From positions 31,921 to 95,920 of IMG/VR virus record IMGVR_UViG_3300032247_000581: DNA of 64,000 nt, one strand, 5' to 3'. A program made the translations under genes and the position numbers. The notes under the pieces are model-generated. The model was not told where the DNA came from and ran no database searches. It was given only the letters and a program-made list of their open reading frames with translations. This DNA comes from a virus. Its lineage: Duplodnaviria > Caudoviricetes. Below, one piece after another: positions 1 to 9,873 of this stretch (the first letter of the stretch is position 1; every line of letters begins with the position of its first letter).

Positions 1-247
1 CATTTTGAGAAACTTGTTCAAATCCATTGGCATTAGCGCCGCTTCCATATAGTCCCACGCTAGAGTAGTTAGTAGCGGTATCGCCGTTATATCTAATTAG
101 GAAGTTCTGTGTGTAACCAGACTGTGTTGAACGTGCCGATATTCTTAACACTAAATCCGTGTAGGTTTGAGGGATGGAAGAAAATATAAATGAGGTTTCA
201 CTTCCAGTAGAGGTAGCACTTGAAACCAAAACATATGTATTTGCCAT
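1..247 (-). CDS. Partial virion/fibre-associated protein, paralog of 248..748 (runs off window)
   Basis: ATG at 247 gives MANTYVLVSSATSTGSETSFIFSSIPQTYTDLVL..., the same 'FSSIP.TYTDL' motif as the next gene. Confidence 0.7.
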   Translation of the reverse strand, partial: MANTYVLVSSATSTGSETSFIFSSIPQTYTDLVLRISARSTQSGYTQNFLIRYNGDTATNYSSVGLYGSGANANGFEQVSQN

Positions 248-748
248 CTATGCCGCCTTAATTCCGTAGAGAGTTGCAACTGTTCCAGCATTGTAATTTC
301 CAGAGTTGTAAACAAATAATCGAATACTTGTTATAGCAGCAGTGCTTCTCCATAACCCAGAAGTAAGAGAAATTTGTCCAACAATATTTGTATCAGAAGA
401 CTCTGCGGTAAAAATGGTTTTGTTAGTAGAACCTGCGTATGAAAAAATATTAATATCAACAGTTGAATCTAAAGTATTACTTGATTCAAACCCCAACCAA
501 AATTGAGGTTGAGAGGTTAAAGTAAAAGTGCCTACAGCAGGTCCATGATTACCATAAAGAATAGTTGAAGAGTAGGTGGTTGTAGTAATCCCATTAAATT
601 GCATATAAAAGTTTGAACCATCAACGCTTGGTGTTCCAGTAAGGATTAGTCTCAAATCAGTATATGTTGCTGGAATACTAGAAAAAGTAATGGATGCAGC
701 AGCAGTTCCTAATGTTTGAGTACCAATTGGTTCATAAGTTGTTGCCAT
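248..748 (-). CDS. Small virion-associated beta-rich protein (FSSIPxTYxxL...LYGIK family)
   Basis: 166 aa; same domain forms the C-terminus of 750..2177. Confidence 0.7.
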   Translation of the reverse strand: MATTYEPIGTQTLGTAAASITFSSIPATYTDLRLILTGTPSVDGSNFYMQFNGITTTTYSSTILYGNHGPAVGTFTLTSQPQFWLGFESSNTLDSTVDINIFSYAGSTNKTIFTAESSDTNIVGQISLTSGLWRSTAAITSIRLFVYNSGNYNAGTVATLYGIKAA

Positions 749-749
749 A

Positions 750-2177
750 TTATTTCACCCCGTATAGTGCAAAAGTAGATGCAGTTGTATAGTTGCCAAG
801 TTCTGAGGTCAAAGTAATTGAATTAAGTGCAGATGTTGATGCCCAGGCGCCTGAATTAAGTCGAATTTGTTCTGGAGCAGCGCCAGCATTTGAGTTGTAA
901 ACATTAGAGGAACGTAATGTTTTGTTCTTGCTAGTGGAGGAGTAATCCATAATATCTATAATCAATCCAGCCATTGTATTTGCAGGTTCATTAGCCATCG
1001 GTGTTGTCATGTCTATTAAAATTCCAGATTGACTAAAGTTAGCATTAGCATTTACTGCTGTACCATTTCCCCAAATGTTGTGCCAAGTGTAGTTACCAGC
1101 AGTATCACCATTAAATTGAACTTTAGTATTTCCTGCACCTGTGCTCGGATAAGTACTTCTAGACATCACTCTAATCTGTAATGACTTGTAGGTGCTAGGA
1201 ATACTAGAAAATGTAATTGTTCCAGATGAGCCCGTACCAGTTATAGTAGCAATAGACTCAAAAGAGGTAGGGGTTAAGACTGTTCCGCTAACTCCGCTAG
1301 ATGCAGCAGAATCTCCATTAGTATTAACCGCTTTAATATAATAGGTAGCAGTACCAACAGATAATCCTGTTAAAGATAATGGGCTTGATGTTTGTGTTGG
1401 AGACAGTGCTGTGTACGTAATGTTGTCAGTAGAAATTTTGTAGTTAGTAATAGCAGAGCCACCTGTGGCTCCTGCTGTAAATGAAAGCGTTCCAGTTGTT
1501 CCTGTGCCACCATCTGTAAATGTTCCGATAGTAGGGGCAGCAGGAACCGTAGTTGCAGTTACTGAGCTAGAGGCGGATGAGGCAGAGCCTGTACCGTTAG
1601 CATTTGTAGCAGTTACGGTATAGGTATAGGCAGTTGCAGATTGCTGTCCTGTTACAGTAATTGGGCTTACAGAACCAGTTCCAGTAAAATAGCCTGGGCT
1701 AGATGTGACTATGTAAGAAGATATGGCTGAACCGCCAGTTGCTGGTGTTGTAAAGGCAATAGATGCAGAACCATTATTAAATGCACGTCCAGAGCCAGAG
1801 TTGGTTGCAGTTGGAGCAGAAGGTGCATCAGGGACAGTAGTTGCTGTAATAGAAGCAGATGAAGAAGAGGAAGGACCAGTTGCAGTCGCATTAGAAGGTC
1901 TTACTGTAAAGGTATAAGAAGTTGCGCTTTGTAGACCCGTAACAGTAATAGGGGAAGTACCAGTACCAGTAAAAGAACCAGGGGTAGAGGTCGCGGTAAA
2001 AGATGCTGCCGCCCCACCTGTGTCGGCAGCGGTGTAGGCCACGGTAGCTGCGCCGCTATTAAAAGCGCGGGAAGTTCCGACATTAGTAGCTGCACCAACG
2101 GTGGGAGAATCAGGAACGTCAGGGATAGCCGTGACGTTATTATTGAGTCCCTCTTGGCTTATGTAACGGACGCTCAT
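750..2177 (-). CDS. Fibronectin type III repeat fibre/adhesin protein
   Basis: Repeated P.APT...ITVTGL..T.YTFTV.A.N FN3 motifs; C-terminal domain paralogous to 248..748. Confidence 0.8.
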   Translation of the reverse strand: MSVRYISQEGLNNNVTAIPDVPDSPTVGAATNVGTSRAFNSGAATVAYTAADTGGAAASFTATSTPGSFTGTGTSPITVTGLQSATSYTFTVRPSNATATGPSSSSSASITATTVPDAPSAPTATNSGSGRAFNNGSASIAFTTPATGGSAISSYIVTSSPGYFTGTGSVSPITVTGQQSATAYTYTVTATNANGTGSASSASSSVTATTVPAAPTIGTFTDGGTGTTGTLSFTAGATGGSAITNYKISTDNITYTALSPTQTSSPLSLTGLSVGTATYYIKAVNTNGDSAASSGVSGTVLTPTSFESIATITGTGSSGTITFSSIPSTYKSLQIRVMSRSTYPSTGAGNTKVQFNGDTAGNYTWHNIWGNGTAVNANANFSQSGILIDMTTPMANEPANTMAGLIIDIMDYSSTSKNKTLRSSNVYNSNAGAAPEQIRLNSGAWASTSALNSITLTSELGNYTTASTFALYGVK

Positions 2178-2334
2178 TTAGCTGGCCCGACACTGCTTGA
2201 AAGCATAGCAAAAAGCGCTATTTTCATCTACTAATTCCTTAATCTGGTAAGAGATTGAGAGGTCGTATGACCAGTCCTATTAAACCATATTAAGTAGATA
2301 AAACGGGGTGTAAAACCCTAAAATTTAAAACGCC

Positions 2335-3021
2335 TTATTTGTACTCTTTTTTGTTCCACCAAAAGCGCTTATACCTGTCAAAAAACACAGTACTCATTTT
2401 CTGAGTTATCTTTTTCATATCTTTTAATTCGTTTTCGTTACCAAAATCGTGTTCCCAAGACTCTCTTTTGATAGGGATAATTTGAACTATTGGAGTCCCA
2501 GCAGGTATTAAACCTTCGTAGTTGGGGTCTTTTAATGTAAAAGGAAAATTGATTGGGGCGGTGTAGGTGTCAGTGTCTACTATCCCAGGAAGGATAGTAA
2601 AGACTGAATCTCGGTGTGCTGGCTGCATAATCAAAACTGACCAACCTTTGGGAGTTTTAATACTCCAAGGGTTTATGAATTTAGGGGATGCATAATCTTT
2701 ATTAGTTGCAGGATGTCCAGTAGTTTGGTCTGGTCCGTGAAATTCTATTAAATCAAAACCTGACCATTTAAAATATGGAGCACCATCTTTGGGCTCTACA
2801 TAAATATCAGCAATTGTTGTAATTATGTAGCCTGCTGTAATCATATCAAAAACAGGCATACATCTTTTAATGGTTGCTAGAGCAGTCCCGTCATCAGAAG
2901 GCCTTTTCTTTTTCCCCATATATGAATCTATTTTTTTATACCAATCAGGAATGTAATTACTAGCAGGTTTAGGTTTTTCTAAGATTGTTGCTGAATAAGT
3001 ATTTGTAAAAATAATTTTCAT
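2335..3021 (-). CDS. Conserved phage hypothetical protein (TIKRCMPVFD; IPAGTPIVQIIP)
   Basis: 228-aa ORF with GGAG RBS; C-terminal motif reminiscent of dUTPase-like beta-clip folds. Confidence 0.6.
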   Translation of the reverse strand: MKIIFTNTYSATILEKPKPASNYIPDWYKKIDSYMGKKKRPSDDGTALATIKRCMPVFDMITAGYIITTIADIYVEPKDGAPYFKWSGFDLIEFHGPDQTTGHPATNKDYASPKFINPWSIKTPKGWSVLIMQPAHRDSVFTILPGIVDTDTYTAPINFPFTLKDPNYEGLIPAGTPIVQIIPIKRESWEHDFGNENELKDMKKITQKMSTVFFDRYKRFWWNKKEYK

Positions 3022-3068
3022 TGTACTCCATCATTAATAGTCCTATTGAGTAAGCCTACATTACAAAA

Positions 3069-3290
3069 CTACTTTTTCCAATTTTGAATTTCATCACTCC
3101 AGATAAAGGTATCTTTTAAATTAGGTTTAGGTGGATACCATTTGTCGTTTTCTTTAAACCATCCTACACCAAGAGTGCTACCACTTAAATCAAATGGTTC
3201 GCAATCAGGAAAAAATGCTTGAGCGTCAGTTAATGAATCGCATACAACTGCATTTACAACTGTATTGTTTTTAATTAAACCAATGTCCAT
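3069..3290 (-). CDS. Small fibre-associated (chaperone-like) protein
   Basis: Follows a fibre gene; likely start MDIGL with AGGA RBS. Confidence 0.55.
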   Translation of the reverse strand: MDIGLIKNNTVVNAVVCDSLTDAQAFFPDCEPFDLSGSTLGVGWFKENDKWYPPKPNLKDTFIWSDEIQNWKK

Positions 3291-3300
3291 TATGTCTTCC

Positions 3301-4764
3301 TTACTTAACATAGATGTCTATGAATCCACCAGAGCCATTACCGCCACCTTTGCCAGTAAAACTTGTGTTACCAGTGTAGTTTGAACCTGCTCCACCACCG
3401 CCACCTGAACCTAATGATATTGCAGATGCTCCAGCATTTCCAGCATTTATTGTTTCGTTAAATCCGCCAGTACCACCGCCACTAGCAGAACCGCCTGAAC
3501 GCACACCTGGATTTGTTTGGTTAGGAGTAGTTCCTGGAGCACCACCACCACCACCTGACATAGTAGTAGCGCTAGAGTAAACAGTTCCTAACCCAGTTAA
3601 ATTCATTGTAAAGTTTGCGGCATTTCCTGCGGCTGTTGCATTACCGTTTTGGTTTGTAAAACCAGCACCGCCACTACCACCTCTGTAATTGCCTTCACCA
3701 TAACTTGTTGTGTAAGCAGAAATGTTATTCACCGCTGTATTGCCTGAGTAACCGCCGCCTGCATAAGTTCCGCAGTTATTTGTAGCTGCTTCACCACCAT
3801 TTGTAGTTAGAAGGTTTGAAAACGATGTTCCACCACCAGCATTACCTCTATTTCCATAACTGCCATTGTTTGCTGCACCACCAGTACCAGCGTTACCACC
3901 TGCTCCAATAGTAAGCAAGTATGTCGCTCCAGGCGTAACAGGATAATCTTGAACCCTGACTAATACTCCCGCACCGCCTGCACCACCACCAGAGCTTCCT
4001 GATGGACCACCTGCGTAACTTTGGCCACCCGCTCCACCACCGCCACCGCTAGCAACAAACAAAGAAAGAAGATTTTTTCCAGCAGGGATTGTGTAGTTTT
4101 GTGTGTTGGTAATAGTTCCAACAAATGAGTAGACCGCAATTGGAGTTACCGAGTTAGATGCAGACGAAGCAGTTGAAGTTCCATTTGCATTAGTTGCTGT
4201 AACTGTAAACGTGTAAGCAGTCCCTGGAGTTAATCCAGAAACAGAAATTGGGCTTGAAGCACCTGTTCCTGTTATAGAACCAGGGGAAGAAGTTACTGTG
4301 TAGCCAGTGATGGCAGAACCACCTGTAGCTCCTGCTGTAAATGTAACAGAAGCAGTTGTAGAGGTAGGAGATGTTGCAGTACCAATAGTCGGGGCTGCTG
4401 GAACTGTTGTAGCTGTAATAGAATTTGAGGCGCCAGATTGAATACCAGCTACGCTAGTAGAGGTAACACCAGTGGCTTGAAAAGTATAAGCAGTAGCAGA
4501 TTGTAGACCAGTAACTGTTACAGGAGATGCGCCAGAGGCGGTAAAAGAACCTGGGCTTGAAATAACGTTATAGGTAGAAGGAGTACCACCAGTTGCAGCT
4601 GCTGTAACTGTGACTGTTGCTGAACCATTGTTGTAGGCACGTGAGGTACCCACATTTGCCGCTGAAATTGATGGTGCATCTGGAAAGTCCATAATCTCAG
4701 TTAAAGCTGCGAGACCGTCGGGTGTTCCTTCAATGCGCTCATCTTGAGCTCTGCGTACAGACAT
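3301..4764 (-). CDS. FN3 repeat fibre protein with glycine-rich C-terminal domain
   Basis: Two FN3 units followed by a GGGGGAGG-rich domain. Confidence 0.8.
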   Translation of the reverse strand: MSVRRAQDERIEGTPDGLAALTEIMDFPDAPSISAANVGTSRAYNNGSATVTVTAAATGGTPSTYNVISSPGSFTASGASPVTVTGLQSATAYTFQATGVTSTSVAGIQSGASNSITATTVPAAPTIGTATSPTSTTASVTFTAGATGGSAITGYTVTSSPGSITGTGASSPISVSGLTPGTAYTFTVTATNANGTSTASSASNSVTPIAVYSFVGTITNTQNYTIPAGKNLLSLFVASGGGGGAGGQSYAGGPSGSSGGGAGGAGVLVRVQDYPVTPGATYLLTIGAGGNAGTGGAANNGSYGNRGNAGGGTSFSNLLTTNGGEAATNNCGTYAGGGYSGNTAVNNISAYTTSYGEGNYRGGSGGAGFTNQNGNATAAGNAANFTMNLTGLGTVYSSATTMSGGGGGAPGTTPNQTNPGVRSGGSASGGGTGGFNETINAGNAGASAISLGSGGGGGAGSNYTGNTSFTGKGGGNGSGGFIDIYVK

Positions 4765-4815
4765 GTTGTCTAGTATCTCCTATCATTACTGGAAAAAATT
4801 GATTAAGCGCCGAAT
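4765..4815 (-). promoter_or_regulatory. Repeated promoter/RBS element, copy 1
   Basis: aattcggcgcttaat....tttttccagtaa...ataggaga.a.tag.caac-ATG, near-identical to 7296..7346. Confidence 0.65.
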
Positions 4816-4818
4816 TTT

Positions 4819-5109
4819 TTAAGGTAATCTTTCTTCTAAAGGTACAAAAGCCACATAATTTAAAGCGGCTTCAATTTCTGCATTAGAAAGTTCTTTTTGT
4901 CCCCAGGTAACTTTCCACACACCATCTTGTAGTGTTGGACGTTTCATAACAGGAACATAAGGAAGTTCTAAAGTTTCTGGTTCTGTGTGCATAACCTCCA
5001 CCCATGGCTCAAGCAGAGGCGTGCCTGGTACCCAAGTTGGGTCAATAAGAAGAATGTCCCCATCGTGACGAGGAAACTCATGTGTCTCAGTGTTGTAATA
5101 CATAGCCAT
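4819..5109 (-). CDS. Small fibre-associated protein
   Basis: Start MAMYYN overlaps the stop of 5109..7295. Confidence 0.55.
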   Translation of the reverse strand: MAMYYNTETHEFPRHDGDILLIDPTWVPGTPLLEPWVEVMHTEPETLELPYVPVMKRPTLQDGVWKVTWGQKELSNAEIEAALNYVAFVPLEERLP

Positions 5110-7295
5110 TATAGAACCGCCGTTTCCGCAGTAAATCCAGATGCCTGCTCTGTAGCAGAATATGTACCAGCCGTGTAAGAACTGGTGCTGGACCATGTAG
5201 CAGAGATTCCAATTGCACTTAAATCACCCGCTGCTTCTGAAAGACTTGATGCCTCATAAATTACCGAACGACTTGCAAGAGTATACGTTCCAGTTTTTGA
5301 ACCATCAACAGGAAGTTTAAGGTACGCAGGGGTAACAGGAGAGCCTGAAAGCCTTACCCCCACTAACACAAAATCATTACTACAAGAAATGCTGTCAAAT
5401 TTTGTATAACCAGATGAACCCGAAACACTTACTTGTCTTTGCCATTGAATAGTTCCAGAAGAGTTATATTTAGCAACATACGCATACTGAGAATTAACAT
5501 CAGTAAACCCAACAAATACATCACCATTAGAGTTTGTTGAAACAACTTGAATACTTCCACCAACATTGGCGGATGCATTATATAGACGTCTTTGCCATTG
5601 AAGAGTTCCGCTAGAATTAAACTTAAATAAAATAACCCTATTATAGTATGGGCTTGCTGTTTGTGCGGAGGTACCTACTGCGTACACATTTCCCGAAGAA
5701 TCTGTTGTAGAACCTTGAAAATAACTAGACCTTGTTACTGAATAAGCCGTCTGCCATTGAATTGTTCCAGCATTATTCATTTTCATTAGATATGCTCCTT
5801 GGTATGAGCCATTAGTCATATTTCCAACACCGATTATATTTCCAGAAGAATCTACACTTCCTGAGTAACAAACAGCACTTGTAATAGGGGCAATATACAC
5901 CCACTGAACAGTTCCAGAAGAGTTATATTTAATAACGTAAGTAGACTGAGCAGGGGTTCCGCTGTTATTAGCCCACCCTATTGAATACACATTACCTGAT
6001 GAATCTGCCCCACCGCCAGAATTGTACATGGAGCTGCCGTTTCCAAGAATAAAACTCTTAATCCATTGTAATGTTCCAGAAGAGTTCCATTTTGTTGTAA
6101 TTCCATAATATGTTGAACCAGAATCGTTTGTTCCATAACCAAATTGATAATAGTTAAAAGAAGAGTCTAAGGCACCGTACTCTGCTCCTTGATTTTGATT
6201 ATATATATTGTTTGTATAAATTTCACGAGAAACAGTTACAGTTCCACTTCCATTTTGTTTATAGAAAAACGCACGTAAACCACCATTTCCAGTTCTTATA
6301 TTTTCTCCACCAACATAAATATTTCCACTTGTATCAATACCTCCTACGGCTTTTCCATACCCAGTTCCAGTTCCAGTAACTGTCAATGCGGTTGCTGGGT
6401 AAGTGGTAGTAGTTGAATTAGATGCAGAAGAAGCAGCAGATGTTCCTTGAGAGTTTGTTGCAGTAACTGTAAATGTATATGCAGTTCCTGCTGTAAGACC
6501 TGAGACAGTAATAGGGGAGGCACCTGTTCCTGTCAATCCTCCAGGAGATGAGGTTGCAGTGTAGGTAGATACTGCAGCACCACCAGTGGCGTTTGCTGTA
6601 TAAGCAACTGTTGCAGTTGTAGAACCTGTTGCAGTAGCAGTACCAATAGTTGGCGCCTGAGGAACAGATGAAGGAGTTGTAGAAGCAGATGCAGAAGATG
6701 CAGTAGAGGTTCCATTAGCATTTGTTGCTGTGACTGTGTAGGTACGAGCAGTTCCTACAGTGTCAGAAATAGTAATTGGTGAAGAAGAACTTGAACCAGT
6801 TGTTCCTGAAGATGAAGTGACTGTGTAACTAGAAATTGCAGAACCACCAGTTGCCCCAGCAGTAAATGGTACAGATACGTTTGCAGAGCCAGTGTATGAC
6901 TGACCAGTAGCAACGGTAGGTGTACCAATAGTAGGCGCATTAGGAACAGTGGTTGCAGTTATAGAAGACGAAGCGCTAGATGCAGGACCAGTTGCAGTTG
7001 TATTAGTAGCGGTAACAGCAAATGTATAAGAGGTAGCAGATTGTAATCCAGTAACAGTCAATGGTGAACCAGCACCAGAGGCAGTAAAAGAGCCAGGAGT
7101 AGAGGTAGCTGTATAGGAGGTAGGAGTACCACCTGTGGCAGCGGCAGTAAAAGCAACAGTTGCAGAGCCATTGTTATAGGCCCTGGATGTGCCTACATTT
7201 GTGGCAGCGCCAATAGTGGGTGCATCAGGTACATCAGGGATAGCAACACCGCTCTTGGTGATGCCTGATGTATTAGCACGCTTGATATTAGCCAT
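5109..7295 (-). CDS. FN3 repeat fibre protein with C-terminal beta-propeller
   Basis: Three FN3 units; repeated DSSGNVY...KYNSSGT.QW blades. Confidence 0.8.
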   Translation of the reverse strand: MANIKRANTSGITKSGVAIPDVPDAPTIGAATNVGTSRAYNNGSATVAFTAAATGGTPTSYTATSTPGSFTASGAGSPLTVTGLQSATSYTFAVTATNTTATGPASSASSSITATTVPNAPTIGTPTVATGQSYTGSANVSVPFTAGATGGSAISSYTVTSSSGTTGSSSSSPITISDTVGTARTYTVTATNANGTSTASSASASTTPSSVPQAPTIGTATATGSTTATVAYTANATGGAAVSTYTATSSPGGLTGTGASPITVSGLTAGTAYTFTVTATNSQGTSAASSASNSTTTTYPATALTVTGTGTGYGKAVGGIDTSGNIYVGGENIRTGNGGLRAFFYKQNGSGTVTVSREIYTNNIYNQNQGAEYGALDSSFNYYQFGYGTNDSGSTYYGITTKWNSSGTLQWIKSFILGNGSSMYNSGGGADSSGNVYSIGWANNSGTPAQSTYVIKYNSSGTVQWVYIAPITSAVCYSGSVDSSGNIIGVGNMTNGSYQGAYLMKMNNAGTIQWQTAYSVTRSSYFQGSTTDSSGNVYAVGTSAQTASPYYNRVILFKFNSSGTLQWQRRLYNASANVGGSIQVVSTNSNGDVFVGFTDVNSQYAYVAKYNSSGTIQWQRQVSVSGSSGYTKFDSISCSNDFVLVGVRLSGSPVTPAYLKLPVDGSKTGTYTLASRSVIYEASSLSEAAGDLSAIGISATWSSTSSYTAGTYSATEQASGFTAETAVL

Positions 7296-7346
7296 GTTGC
7301 CTATTGTCTCCTATGGTTACTGGAAAAATGTATTAAGCGCCGAATT
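7296..7346 (-). promoter_or_regulatory. Repeated promoter/RBS element, copy 2
   Basis: Near-identical to 4765..4815. Confidence 0.65.
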
Positions 7347-7665
7347 AAAGGTTTAGAAGCAATCTTAAGTCTTCTACTGTTAAACCTGTTGCACCTAACT
7401 TGTTTAGTGCAGCCTCTAAAGGCGTTGGTTTTGCTCGGCGTTCTTGACCAGGACCTCCTGCAGCATACGGTGCAGCAGAGTCAACGAGGGATTCAATGTG
7501 GTCCTCAATCCAAGTCTGAGCATCACTGCGTGAACCCCAAGCATCACCTGAAGGCCAGTGCGGTTGCAGCATCCAAGGCTCTTCTTGACCTACATGCCAG
7601 CAACGAATTGCAAATCCATCATTGTCGTCAATTTCATAGCGAAAATCAAATGCAGATACGTCCAT
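7345..7665 (-). CDS. Small fibre-associated protein
   Basis: 106 aa with AAGGA RBS; follows an FN3 gene. Confidence 0.6.
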   Translation of the reverse strand: MDVSAFDFRYEIDDNDGFAIRCWHVGQEEPWMLQPHWPSGDAWGSRSDAQTWIEDHIESLVDSAAPYAAGGPGQERRAKPTPLEAALNKLGATGLTVEDLRLLLNL

Positions 7666-7683
7666 TATTTATTTTCCTTTACT

Positions 7684-9486
7684 TTATCCATTATTAGTTG
7701 AGAACATTACAGCAGTTCCATTACTCATAGCGCCTCCGCCAATGCTTACGTTTGTTAATGAAGTTCCATTAGTTGAGTAGTACACGTTACTATTTCCACT
7801 GATACCAAATACCCAAGTTCCAGCATTATTGTAAGCCGCTGATTTGTACATTTGATTACCTCGTGTAAAATTTGGACTACCAGTAGAGGCCCATGTACCA
7901 GATAAACCAGTTGTTGTGTAATAAGCAGGTCTGTATGTGTCTCCACCAGAGTCGTATCCTGTTGCTATATAGTTATTGCCGCTTCCAGCAATTCCAGTCA
8001 TAGAAAAAGTACTACCCCAAGAAGCAGGGCCAGTTGTAGAAGTAGACATATTTGTTGTATATCTAAAACTTCCTTGATATCCAGCAATAGTAGTTCCATT
8101 AGCCAAAGTAATACTAGATTGAAAACCTTGTAACGGCGATGTGCGTGACCACGTAACACCATCATCTGTTGATATATGGCTGTTGGCATAAGCATTATTG
8201 TTTAAAGTGTAAAAAGTGCTGCCTACAAATACAACTTTATATTGTGTATAATAAGTAGAGTCAACGCTATCTATTTGATAGTTGGTCCACGTAGTTCCGT
8301 TTGTGGAACGGGTAACGTAAGCACTTGCTGAGTCGTACTTAACTCCAACAAATGCAGTTCCATTATATGCCATGGAAGTGATATTGTCTAAAGGCGCGGA
8401 AACTGATGACCAGGTAGCGCCATCAGCAGAATAATAATAAGCGGTAGAAGAAGGAATAACATATTTATTTGCTCCGTATGTTCCTGAAAAACCAGCAACA
8501 TTGCTTGTTGTATATGCAGAGGTTGTCCAAGAAGAGCCATTATCAGAGTAAGCAATTGGAACACTATTGCCTGGACCATACGCAACAAAACGTGCTAACT
8601 GTGGAGTTACAGAGTTAGATGCAGAGGAGGCCGTAGATGTTCCTTGTGCATTAGTAGCGGTAATTGTAAATGTATAAGCAGTTCCCGCTGTAAGTCCTGA
8701 AACAGTAATTGGGCTTGTTGCACTCGTTCCTGTAAGTGACCCAGGAGAAGATGTTGCTGTGTAGGTAGAGACTGCAGAGCCTCCAGTAGCACCCGCTGTA
8801 AAAGTAATAGATGCTGATGTAGAAGTTGGAGAAGTAGCAGTTCCTATAGTAGGAGCCTGAGGAACAGAAACTGGCGTAGTTGAAGCAGATGCACTAGAAG
8901 CAGAACTTGTGCCGTTAGTATTAGTTGCGGTTACTGTATAAGTTCTTGCGGTTCCTACTGCGTCAGAAATAGATATTGGACTTCCAGCACCCGTCGCAGT
9001 TCCACCACCAGAAGAGGTAACTGTGTAAGTAGAGACAGATGCTCCACCTGTTGCACCAGCAGTAAATGGGACAGACACAGATGCAGTTCCTGAGTAAGCC
9101 TGTCCTGATGCAACAGTCGGAGTTCCAATAGTAGGAGCATTAGGAACGGTAGTGGCAGTAATAGAAGAAGAAGTACCAGCAGGACCTGTTGCTGTTGTAT
9201 TTGTTCCAGTAACTGCAAAGGTGTAAGAAGTAGCACTTTGCAAACCTGTAACAGTCAGAGGAGATGTTCCTGTTGCAGTAAATGAACCAGGAGTAGATGT
9301 AGCGGTAAATGAAGTAGGTGTTCCACCAGTAGCAGCCGCTGTCACAGTGACTGTCGCAGAGCCGTTGTTATAGGCACGGCTTGTGCCAACGTTTGCAGCA
9401 CTTACTGTAGGCGCATCAGGAACGTCGGCAATAGGCGTGACGCCTGCCATGACGCTCTTTAATGAAACCTTGTTAGTGATAGTCAC
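7684..9486 (-). CDS. FN3 repeat fibre protein with BNR/Asp-box propeller
   Basis: FN3 units, then S.DG.TW Asp-box repeats (YSDNGSSW, YSADGATW, STDDGVTW). Confidence 0.8.
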   Translation of the reverse strand: MTITNKVSLKSVMAGVTPIADVPDAPTVSAANVGTSRAYNNGSATVTVTAAATGGTPTSFTATSTPGSFTATGTSPLTVTGLQSATSYTFAVTGTNTTATGPAGTSSSITATTVPNAPTIGTPTVASGQAYSGTASVSVPFTAGATGGASVSTYTVTSSGGGTATGAGSPISISDAVGTARTYTVTATNTNGTSSASSASASTTPVSVPQAPTIGTATSPTSTSASITFTAGATGGSAVSTYTATSSPGSLTGTSATSPITVSGLTAGTAYTFTITATNAQGTSTASSASNSVTPQLARFVAYGPGNSVPIAYSDNGSSWTTSAYTTSNVAGFSGTYGANKYVIPSSTAYYYSADGATWSSVSAPLDNITSMAYNGTAFVGVKYDSASAYVTRSTNGTTWTNYQIDSVDSTYYTQYKVVFVGSTFYTLNNNAYANSHISTDDGVTWSRTSPLQGFQSSITLANGTTIAGYQGSFRYTTNMSTSTTGPASWGSTFSMTGIAGSGNNYIATGYDSGGDTYRPAYYTTTGLSGTWASTGSPNFTRGNQMYKSAAYNNAGTWVFGISGNSNVYYSTNGTSLTNVSIGGGAMSNGTAVMFSTNNG

Positions 9487-9509
9487 TGAAGTTACCTCTA
9501 ACTAGTTAA

Positions 9510-9839
9510 TTAGGAGATTTCGCTGCCAAAGAGTGAGAATGAAAGGTTTGCAGAAGAAGCATAAATGCGAACGACATCTGTTGTGGCTAATGTCAATCCT
9601 AATGTCAATGCTGTTGTATCAGAGGCAGCAACGGTGGCACCATAAACAATGTAGTGCTTAGGGTCAACTGCTGCACCCGCTGGGCTTACCGCGATACGGT
9701 AGGTAGCAGCAGAGGCTGTCTGGTTGCAGATAGTAATAGTAGAGACCACAGCTGAGGTGCTTGCACCTACTGTGTATAAAGTTGTGAGAGTAGTGGCAGC
9801 GGGGTTATTTTGCGCCAAAACTTTGTATGTTGTTGCCAT
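9510..9839 (-). CDS. Small virion structural protein (MATTYKVL...FGSEIS family)
   Basis: 109 aa with AAGGAG RBS. Confidence 0.65.
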   Translation of the reverse strand: MATTYKVLAQNNPAATTLTTLYTVGASTSAVVSTITICNQTASAATYRIAVSPAGAAVDPKHYIVYGATVAASDTTALTLGLTLATTDVVRIYASSANLSFSLFGSEIS

Positions 9840-9873
9840 GGGACTCCTTCGAAGGGGATAGTGAAATTATGCC

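Noticed and set aside
750-9486. Diversity-generating retroelement acting on fibre tips
   Set aside because: No reverse transcriptase and no adenine-specific TR/VR pair seen; similarity is in the stalks, not the tips
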